DNA of 64,000 nt from an uncultured virus (IMG/VR IMGVR_UViG_3300025101_000025) (Duplodnaviria > Heunggongvirae > Uroviricota > Caudoviricetes > Kyanoviridae), in IMG/VR virus record IMGVR_UViG_3300025101_000025, positions 1 through 64,000 of that record. One strand, given 5' to 3'. The notes below the pieces were generated by a model, which saw only the letters and a list, made by a program, of their open reading frames with translations, was not told where the DNA came from and made no database searches. Positions within the stretch are counted from its first letter, which is position 1. Every line of letters begins with the position of its first letter. Positions 29,001 to 38,109 of the stretch are shown here, one piece after another. The position numbers and the translations under genes are program-made.

Positions 29001-30688
29001 CTGCAAATGTTCACTTTGATGGTGGAGTTGCTGTTGCGGCGACAATTTCAAATGGTGGAATTGGATATCAAGTCGGTGATATTGTAGGTATCTCTACCAA
29101 TCTTGGTATTAATGCAAGATTATCAGTGGCATCTATCGGAAATACAAGTGAACTTATACTTGAAAATATTCAAGGTGAATTTGCAACTGGAGCTGGATCA
29201 ACATTAATGTATGGAAATACACTTGGTAATGCAGGATTTGGTAGTGCAATCACAGGTAATGGTGGAGAGATTGGTGCATTTATTCCTGCGGGAACAATAT
29301 CAACTATAACTGATGGTTTACACATTATAGTTAATCACAAAAACCATGGAATGTATCACGAACAGAATAGAGTGATTATATCTGGAGTTGAAAGTGATAT
29401 ATTACCATCTAAATTATCTGTTGATTACGCAATAGATTCTACAGATGATATTACTGTTGACAGTTCAACTGTGTATAGTAATTTTGAAAATGTTGGTGTT
29501 GCATCTACTAATCCCGGATATGTTAAGATTGGAAATGAAATTATTAGATATGAAGGTGTATCTGGTAATACACTAACTGGTATTACAAGGCAACAAGATT
29601 CAACTCTTGCTGCAAATTACACATCAGGATTATTAGTTGAAAAATATGAATTGAATGGCGTATCTTTACGTAGAATAAATCAAACTCATAATCTAGCAGA
29701 TGTCACTGATTCAAATCCAATAACATTTGACTCGTATAAAATTAAATTAGATATGGGTTCAAATGGAATTGGTAGAACAAGCGTTACAACTTCAGATTTC
29801 CCACCAAGATTATTCTTAAATGGAACAAAATCATCCGGTGGTTCAAATATACGTGCAACACAAAACATGCCATTTGAAGTTATCACACCTATGGTTCAGA
29901 ATGTCACTGTTCCCGGAACTTCTCTCAGTGCTAACTTGAGAACTGTAAGTGGAACAAGTGTGAATACAGGATCTGGTCAAGGATCAGATACACCATTTAT
30001 TGTTCAACCAACAGAAAGTATCGCTTTAAATCAAATCAATTATTTGAATTCACCTAGAATAATTGCATCAAGAGTAAATGAAATTAACAATGCAACTATA
30101 ACAGTATTACCGGGAGATCGGTCATTAAATATGACACTTGATCTATCAACTACTGATAGTCGTATATCTCCTTTTGTTGATACTGAAAGAATGAATACAA
30201 TTCTTACCTCAAATAGAGTTGATAAATTAATTACTAACTTTACTGAAGATAGTCGAGTCGATACTCTTACTGAAGATCCATCATCATTCTTGTATATTTC
30301 AAAAGAAAATACATTAGAAACATCTGCTACATCAATCAAGATTATACTTGATGCACATATTAATGAATATAATGATATAAGAGCGTTCTTCTCAATTAGC
30401 GAGAATCAGGGGTCAGAACCGATATTCATACCGTTCCCCGGTTTTGATAATTTAAATGAAAGAGGACAGGTGGTTGCACTCGATAAGAGTGATGGAAGAC
30501 CAGATTCAAAAGTATCATTATCAGATGCTAGTGGATTTGCATCTGAAGAATTACAATATAAAGAGTATACATTCAGTATTACAGATCTACCCTCATTTAA
30601 ATCATTTAGAATAAAATTATTAGGATCATCAACCAATCAAGCTTATGTTCCTAGATTCAGAAGTTTGAAGGTGATCGCTTTAGCATAA
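23096..30688 (+). CDS. Large virion structural protein (VrlC/DUF4815-like)
   Basis: NLNVSPYFDDF...YKVLFKPG.PVQARELTGLQSILQ, APGADRLKI, LARRTFAESGDY, DPLAQSF motifs. Confidence 0.8.
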   Translation: MAQSTNLNVSPYFDDFNADDNYYKVLFKPGLPVQARELTGLQSILQDQISKFGQHIFKEGAKVIPGNTSYFKDYFCVEINNEYLGVTVESYIDQLIGRKIVGLTTGVTAVIVKILKSSDSERNNLTLYIKYHSSNVENNSGGLFDNGELLAADVDIISGPENSTFIPSGEAFASTVSTNSTSTGAAYSISEGVYFVRGTFVNVNSETILLSQYSNTPTGRIGLRVLEETVNSDEDSSLTDNSKGFNNFAAPGADRLKISCSLFFKGIDDLNDDDFVELASVRNGELRTRPTTSQYNILGDELARRTFAESGDYTVKPYSISVKESLNDDIGNNGVFFDGQSTDEGSIASEETGLYQVSAGRAFVKGYEIENIASTYLDFEKPRTEKTLANQRVNYNTGSTIRLNNQQGAPEVGIGNTFVVSLRDSRVNTLATADSSIEGNEIGVARVYDFALESGSYNTSNSKINEYDISLFDIQTFTTVTLNQAISLSTPAFIEGKYSGATGFLRSSTSTDALTIYDKSGELVVNEPLIINGIENSRIAVALTSFGMSDVKSLYAGPKLGNVGAGRSFVGDVIQKDEFIFGNALIKRSDLTTGLSTITSSNPEFPGKLKKGNLLKFGLGNNDPNFAKVTVVGTNDITVSGVTTVTGICDGGLPEGSDSLDTTLTDLTLITSPFAKSSDDNLFTEMPKKNISNVDLTRASLTIRKTFNVTINKTTDSLATAVDADTNETFLPFDEERYCLIRRVDGVTEVLTSDKFTFTNGGGTLQINNIGSDLSANQAATLIATLVKTNPKSKVKRKERINTLIVDKSRVAGAGIGGTTLNDGLTHGSFPFGTRVQDKKISLNTPDVIEVLGIYESTDTSNPSSPKVILSAIDGQTGRTEDLIVGEKMKGTQSGAVAIYAEKLSDAQISFVYLNDNRFKTGETINFQESNVGAIANTIDEPSKNISANFSFNTGQKNTIYDHGFITRKEDANQPSKKIKIYFENAYFEAADEGDITTANSYNGLDYGKDVQSFNGVRNTDLIDIRPRVSNYSVSESSRSPLEFFGRTFNTSGNSAANVLASDESILTDFSFYLGRIDRIFLTKYGKLTVQTGTPAENPDQPVPLDDSLEIASVTLPPYLYDVSQASLSFLKHKRYRMQDIRKLETRIRNLEYYTSLSLLETATSNLFVSDADGLNKFKSGFFVDNFTTFLTQESNIKIKNSIDTYNKEARPSHYTNSIDLVVGPVEGENTVSNGADPEGTNIKLTGTALTLDYSEVEFINQPFGTRTESVTPFLLNFWKGAIDLTPASDTWVDTVRLEAKVIEVEGNFAKTIKEAEKTQGLDPQTGLTEMIWQGWQTVWTGTERNIRTNTRTEEVDRNVDVNSQRRIETSTLNTIQDTFTDNFRVGTSTRQGSRELITETYDQESLGDRTISKEVIPIMRSRNIAFEGKGFKPQTRVYGFFDGVNVTKHCVPKLLEINMKSGVFQVGETVTGTVTDGGINSAKITFRVAVSNHKEGPYNSPTRVYATSPYTSTTGATQLETYSGAAGSVQLSGSGSVAIIPSTYSSTSTILNIDIISLSEQAQGAYFGQVTTDMVLKGNTSGAEAVITDVRLISDFSASVFGSFFIPDPNIPVNSRFETGKREFRLTDSQTNDIDSSTTVGSDVFEATGTLETVQENILSVRNAKRETLTSTQDRPARQFIGTDVNTEIIGTQPLRRVEEFDQDDPLAQSFFVSENSGVYITSCEVYFSAVDDNNVPVQLDIRTLKLGVPSQEVLPYSQILLDPDQITTSSNGSVATKFTFKSPVYLSPATEYAICMLSASAKYRVFISRIGENDLITDEFVSNQPTLGSLFKSQNASTWEPSQWEDLKFKLNRAQFVTSGSAEIYSPILGEGNAQIPKLLPDSLRMNSKKIRVGISSAFAAGIHPTLGNTIYQTVSNATGDFVGSAGIATGNLGVIRAGLGYTPASGNRGLIGIALTTITGSGRNATANVHFDGGVAVAATISNGGIGYQVGDIVGISTNLGINARLSVASIGNTSELILENIQGEFATGAGSTLMYGNTLGNAGFGSAITGNGGEIGAFIPAGTISTITDGLHIIVNHKNHGMYHEQNRVIISGVESDILPSKLSVDYAIDSTDDITVDSSTVYSNFENVGVASTNPGYVKIGNEIIRYEGVSGNTLTGITRQQDSTLAANYTSGLLVEKYELNGVSLRRINQTHNLADVTDSNPITFDSYKIKLDMGSNGIGRTSVTTSDFPPRLFLNGTKSSGGSNIRATQNMPFEVITPMVQNVTVPGTSLSANLRTVSGTSVNTGSGQGSDTPFIVQPTESIALNQINYLNSPRIIASRVNEINNATITVLPGDRSLNMTLDLSTTDSRISPFVDTERMNTILTSNRVDKLITNFTEDSRVDTLTEDPSSFLYISKENTLETSATSIKIILDAHINEYNDIRAFFSISENQGSEPIFIPFPGFDNLNERGQVVALDKSDGRPDSKVSLSDASGFASEELQYKEYTFSITDLPSFKSFRIKLLGSSTNQAYVPRFRSLKVIALA

Positions 30689-30912
30689 TGAGTTTTATTA
30701 AAGTAAAAGATAATGAGCATTTAGTTAGAGATACTAATTCAAATTGCATCATTAATACAAACAAGTCTGAGTATGAGGAGTATCTATCTCGTCGTAAACT
30801 CAAACAGTCTGAAAAAAATAAAATTGAAAATCTTGAAAAAGATGTATCTACTTTAAAAAATGATATTGGTGAAATAAAAGATCTCTTAAGGAGTTTAGTA
30901 AATGGCAACTAA
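30688..30912 (+). CDS. Small coiled-coil hypothetical protein
   Basis: 74 aa, coupled to both neighbours. Confidence 0.8.
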   Translation: MSFIKVKDNEHLVRDTNSNCIINTNKSEYEEYLSRRKLKQSEKNKIENLEKDVSTLKNDIGEIKDLLRSLVNGN

Positions 30913-31327
30913 AAAGATAACATTTGATCCAGAGGCAGGAGTTGCATATCCATGCGATTTGATATTAAATGTTGGTGCAGATTTTAGTGCATCATTTCAA
31001 GTTGTTGATACTTCAAACACTGGTTTTAATTTTTCCACCACCAATTCAGTTGGTCTTGGGACAACGACTGGATGGACAGGATCATCTCAAATGACAAAGA
31101 GTGTTGCAGTTGGATCAACTGCTTTTCCTGATGCGACATTTAGTGTTGGAATTGATACTACTGCATCAGTTGGTTATGGATTTACAATATCATTAGGTTC
31201 AACTGCGACAAGAAGTATAAAGGCTGGGAGATATGTATATGATGTTTTAGTCGGTTCAGGATCGACTGTGTATAGAATTGTAGACGGTAACATCATCGTA
31301 AGAGGTGGTGTATCTTCCGCACCATAA
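30902..31327 (+). CDS. Hypothetical virion-associated beta protein
   Basis: 141 aa; GRYVYDV...RIVDG motif; structural-gene context. Confidence 0.75.
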   Translation: MATKKITFDPEAGVAYPCDLILNVGADFSASFQVVDTSNTGFNFSTTNSVGLGTTTGWTGSSQMTKSVAVGSTAFPDATFSVGIDTTASVGYGFTISLGSTATRSIKAGRYVYDVLVGSGSTVYRIVDGNIIVRGGVSSAP

Positions 31328-31330
31328 ATA
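31324..31330 (+). promoter_or_regulatory. Late promoter (gp13)
   Basis: ATAAATA. Confidence 0.6.
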
Positions 31331-31349
31331 TTGATAGAGGTATTGTGTA

Positions 31350-32198
31350 ATGGCTCAACCAACGAGTAGATCAACATTAATCGATTATTGCAAAAGGCAA
31401 CTGGGTGCCCCAGTGCTTGAAATTAATGTTGCGGACGAACAAGTTGAAGACTTGTTAGATGATGCTCTTCAATTTTATCAGGAGAGACATTATGATGGTG
31501 TCATACAGACATACTTAAAGTATCAAATAAGACAAGTAGATGTAGATAGAGCAAGAGGTAGAAATGGAAATAACCCAGTAGGAATAGTTACAACATCAAC
31601 GTCTACATCGATCGTTGGTGTGACAACTACTTTTACCTTTGAGGAGGATAGTAATTATCTTGAGATGCCATCTTCAGTTATTGGAGTAAATAAACTTTTT
31701 CACTTTGATGGATCTAACACAGTTACTAATAATATGTTCAGTGTTAAGTATCAATTGTTTTTAAATGATGTTGCATTTAATTTAGGATATGCTGGCATAT
31801 TGAACTATGCAATGACAAAAAGGTATCTTGAAGATATTAATTTTGCCCTTACAACAGAAAAACAAATAAGATTTAATCAAAGACAAGATCGTTTATACAT
31901 GGATATAGATTTTGCAAGTGTTGATGTTGGTGATTTTATTATCATAGATTGTTTTAGAATAATTGATCCAGATGATTTTACTGGTGTTTACAATGATTAC
32001 TTTTTAAAAAGATATTTGACAGCGTTAATGAAAAGGCAGTGGGGTCAAAACCTTATTAAGTTTCAAGGTGTTAAATTACCCGGTGGTATAGAATTGAATG
32101 GAAGACAAATATATGATGATGGTCAAAGAGAACTTGATGTCATAAGAGAGCAAATGTCAAATACTTACGAACTTCCTCCATTAGATTTTATAGGTTAA
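31350..32198 (+). CDS. gp13: Neck protein
   Basis: RQLGAPVLEINV, QWGQNLIKFQGVKLPGG motifs. Confidence 0.92.
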   Translation: MAQPTSRSTLIDYCKRQLGAPVLEINVADEQVEDLLDDALQFYQERHYDGVIQTYLKYQIRQVDVDRARGRNGNNPVGIVTTSTSTSIVGVTTTFTFEEDSNYLEMPSSVIGVNKLFHFDGSNTVTNNMFSVKYQLFLNDVAFNLGYAGILNYAMTKRYLEDINFALTTEKQIRFNQRQDRLYMDIDFASVDVGDFIIIDCFRIIDPDDFTGVYNDYFLKRYLTALMKRQWGQNLIKFQGVKLPGGIELNGRQIYDDGQRELDVIREQMSNTYELPPLDFIG

Positions 32199-32202
32199 TG
32201 AT

Positions 32203-33630
32203 ATGGTGCTCAATCCGTTTTTTCAACAAGGATCTAAAGGCGAACAAAATTTAGTTCAATCATTAATTAATGAGCAACTACAAATGTATGGAGTGAATGT
32301 TCACTACATGCCACGAAAGTATGCGAAAACAAATACAATAATTAAAGAAGTAATAGAATCAAAGTTTGATGATGCGTATCCTATTGAGGCTTATGTTGAG
32401 TCTTTTGACGGTTATGGTGACAATCCTACCTTGCTTTCTAAATTTGGAATACAGCAAACTAATGAATTAACATTAACTATTTCAAGAGAGAGATTTGAAA
32501 CGTATATATCCCCTTTAATAAAAAATGAAGAGAATATCAAACTATCAACAAGACCAAAAGAAGGTGATTTAATATATTTTCCTCTAGGTGATCGTTTATT
32601 TGAGATTAAATATGTAGAACATGAGCAACCTTTTTATCAATTACGTGATACTTATGTTTATACTCTTCGTTGCGAACTCTTCCGTTATGAGGATGAAGTC
32701 ATCGATACTGGAGTTGGTGAGATAGATGATACACTTGCTGCAACAGAAGGTGTTGATGGTGAAGATTTTATTATAGGTGGAACACAAGTTTTAACATTAG
32801 TCGGAACAGCATCAAGTGCATCTGCGGTAACTACTGTAGTGAATGGTGGTATTCAATTTATCGATATAACAAATCGTGGTAGAAATTATTTGTTTGCACC
32901 TAGAGTTGCTATTTCTTCAGCACCTACTGGTGGTGTGACAGGTATTGCGACTGCTAATTTAAGAAGTGGTATCGTTGTTTGCACGGGTGCAGCAGAGGCA
33001 TCAAATTTAAAAGCATCAGTCGTTCAAACAATAAATCTAGTAAATCCCGGATCAGGATATACAACTGGGCCTGATATACAAATATTTGGTGGTGATGGTG
33101 TAGGTGCTGCTGCAACTGCTGGAATGGCAAATGGAACTATTGGTATTGTAACCATAACAGGTGGTGGTTCCGGATATACAACAACACCAACAATTACTTT
33201 CACAGGACTATCAACAGTATCTGCTGCTGCAACTGCGATCGTATCAACTGCAGGAACCATAAGTGCAATTCATATAACAAATGCTGGTGCTGGATACTCA
33301 ACACCTCCAACAATTGCAATCGATCCTCCTGCTGCAAGTGATGCATCTGGTAATTTCCAGTTTAATGAGATAATCACAGGTGGAACAAGTGGAGCAACCG
33401 CAAGAGTAAGAAAATGGAATTCTGTGACAAGTGAATTAGATATATCAAATGTAGAAGGGACGTTCCTAAGAAAAGAAACAGTCACTGGTGGAACTTCAGG
33501 TGCAGTTCATACAATTCGACTTATAGATCTTACAAACTTTGATGATGGGTTTGGTGATAATGATGACTTTGAAACTGAAGCAGATGCGATCATCGACTTC
33601 TCTGAGGGCAATCCTTTTGGGCAACCATAA
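32203..33630 (+). CDS. gp14: Neck protein with C-terminal G/T/A-rich extension
   Basis: LSKFG, RPKEGDLIYFPL, LFEIKYVE motifs; ends DFSEGNPFG. Confidence 0.9.
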   Translation: MVLNPFFQQGSKGEQNLVQSLINEQLQMYGVNVHYMPRKYAKTNTIIKEVIESKFDDAYPIEAYVESFDGYGDNPTLLSKFGIQQTNELTLTISRERFETYISPLIKNEENIKLSTRPKEGDLIYFPLGDRLFEIKYVEHEQPFYQLRDTYVYTLRCELFRYEDEVIDTGVGEIDDTLAATEGVDGEDFIIGGTQVLTLVGTASSASAVTTVVNGGIQFIDITNRGRNYLFAPRVAISSAPTGGVTGIATANLRSGIVVCTGAAEASNLKASVVQTINLVNPGSGYTTGPDIQIFGGDGVGAAATAGMANGTIGIVTITGGGSGYTTTPTITFTGLSTVSAAATAIVSTAGTISAIHITNAGAGYSTPPTIAIDPPAASDASGNFQFNEIITGGTSGATARVRKWNSVTSELDISNVEGTFLRKETVTGGTSGAVHTIRLIDLTNFDDGFGDNDDFETEADAIIDFSEGNPFGQP

Positions 33631-33633
33631 ATA
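33627..33633 (+). promoter_or_regulatory. Late promoter (gp15)
   Basis: ATAAATA. Confidence 0.6.
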
Positions 33634-33652
33634 ATATCGTATAGGTGCAAAA

Positions 33653-34678
33653 ATGTTTGAGTATTTTTACAACGAAATATTAAGAAAAACAATTATTTCA
33701 TTTGGAACGTTGTTTAATGATCTCTCCATTAAACATACAGATTCTGATGGAAATAAATCAGTAACAAAAGTTCCATTGGCATACGGGCCAATTCAAAAAT
33801 TTCTAGCGAGATTGGAACAAGCACCAGATTTAAATAAGTCAACAGCAATGACATTACCAAGAATGTCATTTGAATTTAATGGACTTACTTATGATTCAAG
33901 TAGAAAAGTTACAACAACACAACAACTTACTGTTAAAGATCCAAATACTGATACAGTAACTAAAAAAGTTTTCATGCCTGTCCCCTACAATATGGCATTT
34001 GAACTTAATGTAATGACAAAATTAAATGATGATGCACTTCAGATTGTTGAGCAAATACTTCCATTCTTTCAACCATCATATAACGTCACAGTCAATCTTC
34101 TTTCTGAAATAAATGAAAAAAGAGATATACCTGTTGTTTTAGAGAGTGTTACATTTCAAGATGAATATGAAGGAGATTATACTTCAAGAAGAGTTTTATA
34201 TTACACACTAAGATTCACAGCAAAAACTTACTTGTTTGGCCCTGTTACAACAGCGACTGCAGATATCATTAAATCTACATCCATCCGTTATCTTGCTGGT
34301 GGAGCACGAAGTCTTGAGAGAGATATTACTTACTCAGTTACACCGAGAGCAATTAAAGATTATACTGGCGATGTAATAACAAATCTTGCAGAAGATATAG
34401 ACGGAGTTCAAACAACATTTAAGGTTGATAATACCACCAATCTAAAGACAGACTTTTATGTTGTTATAGATAATGAAGAGATGTTTGTAAAATCTATCTC
34501 CACCTCATCAAGCAAAATCACTGTTAGAAGAGGTCAAGATAAAACTTTACCCACATCACATGTTAGAGGTAGTGACATTTTAGGCATTGATTATACTCAA
34601 AATGCAGAAGGTGTTGGTGTCGATAGCGCAATTATCCCGATGGGAGATGACTTTGGATTTACTGGAATCAGCACATGA
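33653..34678 (+). CDS. gp15: Tail sheath stabilizer/terminator
   Basis: YFYNEILRKTIISFGTLFN, VPLAYGP, LPRMSFE, QIVEQILPFFQP. Confidence 0.92.
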   Translation: MFEYFYNEILRKTIISFGTLFNDLSIKHTDSDGNKSVTKVPLAYGPIQKFLARLEQAPDLNKSTAMTLPRMSFEFNGLTYDSSRKVTTTQQLTVKDPNTDTVTKKVFMPVPYNMAFELNVMTKLNDDALQIVEQILPFFQPSYNVTVNLLSEINEKRDIPVVLESVTFQDEYEGDYTSRRVLYYTLRFTAKTYLFGPVTTATADIIKSTSIRYLAGGARSLERDITYSVTPRAIKDYTGDVITNLAEDIDGVQTTFKVDNTTNLKTDFYVVIDNEEMFVKSISTSSSKITVRRGQDKTLPTSHVRGSDILGIDYTQNAEGVGVDSAIIPMGDDFGFTGIST

Positions 34679-35118
34679 AAACCTCGAAATTTGACAACTT
34701 AAATGATGCATTTAACGTAGAGTCAATATCTCCAGACAAGATAATTCAATCGACAGAAGATACGCAGATAATTAAAAAAGATGTATTAGATAGTGTTAAC
34801 GAAGATATAAAAAAAGATTACAAATATACAAGAGGTCAGTTATATTCTATAATCGAAAAGGGACAGGAGGCTATTAATGGAATACTTGAGTTAGCACAAG
34901 AAAGTGAGATGCCAAGAGCGTATGAAGTTGCAGGACAATTAATCAAAAACGTATCTGATGCAACAGATAAATTAATGGATCTTCAGAAAAAACTCAAGGA
35001 TGTGAATAAAGAAGAGGAACAGAAGGGGCCATCGACAGTCAATAACGCTTTGTTTGTTGGATCAACATCAGAGTTATCTAAACTGTTAAAGTCTGAAATC
35101 GATAAGGGTAATAAATAA
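34675..35118 (+). CDS. gp16: Terminase small subunit
   Basis: DYKYTRGQL, PRAYEVAGQLIK, NALFVGSTSEL. Confidence 0.9.
   Translation: MKTSKFDNLNDAFNVESISPDKIIQSTEDTQIIKKDVLDSVNEDIKKDYKYTRGQLYSIIEKGQEAINGILELAQESEMPRAYEVAGQLIKNVSDATDKLMDLQKKLKDVNKEEEQKGPSTVNNALFVGSTSELSKLLKSEIDKGNK
35111..35117 (+). promoter_or_regulatory. Late promoter
   Basis: ATAAATA upstream of 35158 ORF. Confidence 0.55.
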
Positions 35119-35157
35119 ATCAGGGAGAGGAATCCCGAAGTAATATTTACTCATACA

Positions 35158-37092
35158 ATGTCGGATAAACTACCGTCAATAGAAGATTTCACCATTGTTG
35201 GTGATCTTCCATCAGTTGACGATTTAATAACTGAAGAAAAATTACCCTCATTGGACGAGTTCATTGAGAAAGAGGATGAAGATGAAGTAGAAGATACTGC
35301 ACCTTGTTCTATAGAAGAGAATATAACAGAGAAAGAAAAACAAGATTTAACAGAGATTTTACGTCTTATAAATGACGTAAGAAAAGATATTCCTGAGATT
35401 CCAGAGATAAAATCTTATGATGAAGAATTACAAAAAATATCAGAAAATATAGAAGAAGTCAGATCAGAGATTCCTGAAATTCCTGAAGTTAAATATTATG
35501 ACAATGAGATAGAAACTGTTCACAAATTACTTGATGATTTAAAAGAAGAGATAAATCGAAACGCTGCCGATATACCTGAAATTAAATATTATGATGAGCA
35601 GATTAATGAATTAGATGAAAAAATAAAAAATCTGCCAGAGATAAAACATTATGACAGTGATTTAACTTCTTTAAAAGAAGATATCATTGCAGTTAAAGAA
35701 TCTATACCAGTATTTCCTAAATGGGTAAATGAAGTTAATGAAGTCCCTGATTTTTCATGGATTGGAAAAACATTTAGTGTCATTGATGATGATTTTGTAA
35801 AAGTAAATGATGGAATGGATTCGATAAAAAATCGAATCAATAGAGAAGTTCAAGAAATTGCGGAAACATTTGAAGTTAAGGAATTTGAAAATAAAATAGA
35901 AGTAGAAAAAATTACAAAAAATTTAAAAGAGACTAAAGATAAAATTTTCAAAGAATTAAGAGAAGCGGCTTTAAAGATATGGGATCACCACCATGAATTT
36001 AAAGATGATGATCGTAAATTAAAAAAACAAATTCTTAGTCATTATAATGCTTTAAAACAGAAAGTAGATAGTGAAGTTAAAGAATTTAATCGTAAAAATT
36101 TAGAAACAAAAGATTTATCAAAAGGATACTTTGATACATTAGCAGAAGAAATATCTAATCTTCCTATTCCAAAATATTATGATGATAATATTAAAAATAT
36201 AGAAAAAGATGTTATTAAGTTAAATAATCATCATGATTATAATACAACTAATATAACAGAGTTATATAAGATTGTTGAAGAATTAAAAGAAAAACAAGAG
36301 ATATTAAAAGAGGAAGTAAATACTAGACCTATTCAACCAGATCCAAGTGAAGATAATACAGATCCCCTTACACCAACCAATCAAAATTTTGCAACTCATG
36401 AAGATCTAGCAGAACATTATAAACTGTTCGTAAACAGAATCCAACAACAATTATATACGATTGGTGGTGGTGGTGCAGGATTTATAAAAGATTTAGATGA
36501 TGTTACTTTTGATAGTGGAATAGGCACAAATAAATTATTAATTTATAATGGAAATAAATGGGTTGGTATTGCCAGCACAGCTTTAATAGGAAATATATCT
36601 GAAGTATCAGGTAATTTTAACGTTGCAGGAAACATAACTGCAACAGCAGCCACATTTACTGGAAACGTTACGGTTGGTGGAACTATCACATATGATGATG
36701 TAACATTTTTAGATTCGGTAGGAGTTGCAACTGCTAGAAGTGGTTTAGATGTTGGTGGTGGAAGTATTACTCCGATTATATCAATTCAAGCAGCAACTGA
36801 TACAACTACAACCACATCAGTATCTACAATTGATAGTTTCAGCAAATCAACGTTTAGATCAGCTCAATATCAAATACAAATAACACAGGGATCTAATTAT
36901 CATGTTACAACTTTGAATGTTTTACATGACGGGTCAACAGTGTTTTTAAATGAGTTTGGAACGATAAGGACAGGTGCATCTCTTGCATCTTTTGATGCTG
37001 ATATTAGTTCTGATAATGTAAGAGTTAGAGCAACTCCAACCACGGATTCATCCACTGTTTTTAAATTAACAAAAACCCTAACTAGAGTATGA
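35158..37092 (+). CDS. Coiled-coil repeat protein with C-terminal fibre-like beta domain
   Basis: Repeated PEIKxYD units, long heptad region, GGGGAG linker, LDDV motif, beta-rich C-terminus. Confidence 0.8.
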   Translation: MSDKLPSIEDFTIVGDLPSVDDLITEEKLPSLDEFIEKEDEDEVEDTAPCSIEENITEKEKQDLTEILRLINDVRKDIPEIPEIKSYDEELQKISENIEEVRSEIPEIPEVKYYDNEIETVHKLLDDLKEEINRNAADIPEIKYYDEQINELDEKIKNLPEIKHYDSDLTSLKEDIIAVKESIPVFPKWVNEVNEVPDFSWIGKTFSVIDDDFVKVNDGMDSIKNRINREVQEIAETFEVKEFENKIEVEKITKNLKETKDKIFKELREAALKIWDHHHEFKDDDRKLKKQILSHYNALKQKVDSEVKEFNRKNLETKDLSKGYFDTLAEEISNLPIPKYYDDNIKNIEKDVIKLNNHHDYNTTNITELYKIVEELKEKQEILKEEVNTRPIQPDPSEDNTDPLTPTNQNFATHEDLAEHYKLFVNRIQQQLYTIGGGGAGFIKDLDDVTFDSGIGTNKLLIYNGNKWVGIASTALIGNISEVSGNFNVAGNITATAATFTGNVTVGGTITYDDVTFLDSVGVATARSGLDVGGGSITPIISIQAATDTTTTTSVSTIDSFSKSTFRSAQYQIQITQGSNYHVTTLNVLHDGSTVFLNEFGTIRTGASLASFDADISSDNVRVRATPTTDSSTVFKLTKTLTRV

Positions 37093-37448
37093 AGACTTTT
37101 AAGGAATTCTTACAAGAGCAACCAACAATGTCGGGGGGAAATCCTCAAGCATATAGTCAGGATGCTGATGATAGTGGCCCTGTTGCCGGTCATGATAAAA
37201 GACTATTTCCTCAAGATATAGATCTTTTAGATCAAGGATTCCAAACTGCTGCAGAGACTGGAGAAAATCGTTATAACACATTTTCAAATGTGTATCCAGT
37301 TATGAGAGTATCGCTTTCAAATAATCAAGGTGATGGGCCTTCAATAGATAGTATGGTTGCAGCATCAAAGAAATTTGTTAATATAGAGGCAGCAAAAACT
37401 GCAGAAAGAATTAAAAAAACCTATCAACAATTCATGGGATACAGATGA
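37089..37448 (+). CDS. Hypothetical protein with T4 internal-protein-like N-terminus
   Basis: Starts MKTFKEFLQE; ATGA overlaps on both sides. Confidence 0.8.
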   Translation: MKTFKEFLQEQPTMSGGNPQAYSQDADDSGPVAGHDKRLFPQDIDLLDQGFQTAAETGENRYNTFSNVYPVMRVSLSNNQGDGPSIDSMVAASKKFVNIEAAKTAERIKKTYQQFMGYR

Positions 37449-38089
37449 AAAGTTTAGATCGTTTTATAGAAGAGGCAGCAAAAAGTGTCTCTCCAAAAAA
37501 ATGTCCACCCGGATCATATTATTGTTTTGATGAGAAAAAATGCAAAAAAATACCCGGAGGATACCACGTTGGTAGAGGTGGGTTTTTAGAACCTGACTCT
37601 AAAAAGAAAAATGGAAATGGAGGTAACGGTAATGGAAACGGAAATGGCAACGGAAATGGCAACGGTAATGGATCTGGAAATGGTAATGGCTCTGGTAATG
37701 GTGGGAACGGCGGCTCTGGTAATGGTGGGGGTGGCGGCGGTGGAATTGGCGAGGAGGTAGTAAACTTACCACTTCATGTTATAATTCCAAAATCTCAAGT
37801 TGAATTTAATCTAGGACTCATGTTTAAAGAGAGTTTAGATCAAGATACGGGAATGTTGTTCATATTTAAAGAGAATGGTGAAAAATATTTTCATATGAAA
37901 AATACAGTCATTCCTTTAGATGTTGCTTTTATTGACGAGCAAGGTTATGTTGCTAATATCAAAGAATTATATCCTTTAAAAACAACTGCAATTCCATCAG
38001 AATGTAATGCCAGATATGCTCTTGAAGTTAATCGTGGTTGGTTTGAAAGAAATAATGTGAAAATAGGGGATAAAGTTTTAGATATATAA
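37445..38089 (+). CDS. DUF192-domain protein with Cys motif and Gly/Asn linker
   Basis: GLMF...GMLFIF...FHMKNTVIPLDVAFID...YALEVNRGWF...IGD is the DUF192 pattern. Confidence 0.8.
   Translation: MKSLDRFIEEAAKSVSPKKCPPGSYYCFDEKKCKKIPGGYHVGRGGFLEPDSKKKNGNGGNGNGNGNGNGNGNGNGSGNGNGSGNGGNGGSGNGGGGGGGIGEEVVNLPLHVIIPKSQVEFNLGLMFKESLDQDTGMLFIFKENGEKYFHMKNTVIPLDVAFIDEQGYVANIKELYPLKTTAIPSECNARYALEVNRGWFERNNVKIGDKVLDI
37609..37750 (+). repeat. In-frame (Gly-Asn)n / poly-Gly low-complexity repeat
   Basis: NGNGGNGNGNGNGNGNGNGNGSGNGNGSGNGGNGGSGNGGGGGGG encoded with varied codons. Confidence 0.9.
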
Positions 38090-38109
38090 TATATCGATCA
38101 TGTATTTGA

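Noticed and set aside
37609..37750. Gly-Asn repeat as a phase-variable microsatellite or DGR target
   Set aside because: Codons are heterogeneous, so selection appears to be at protein level; no template repeat or reverse transcriptase seen.
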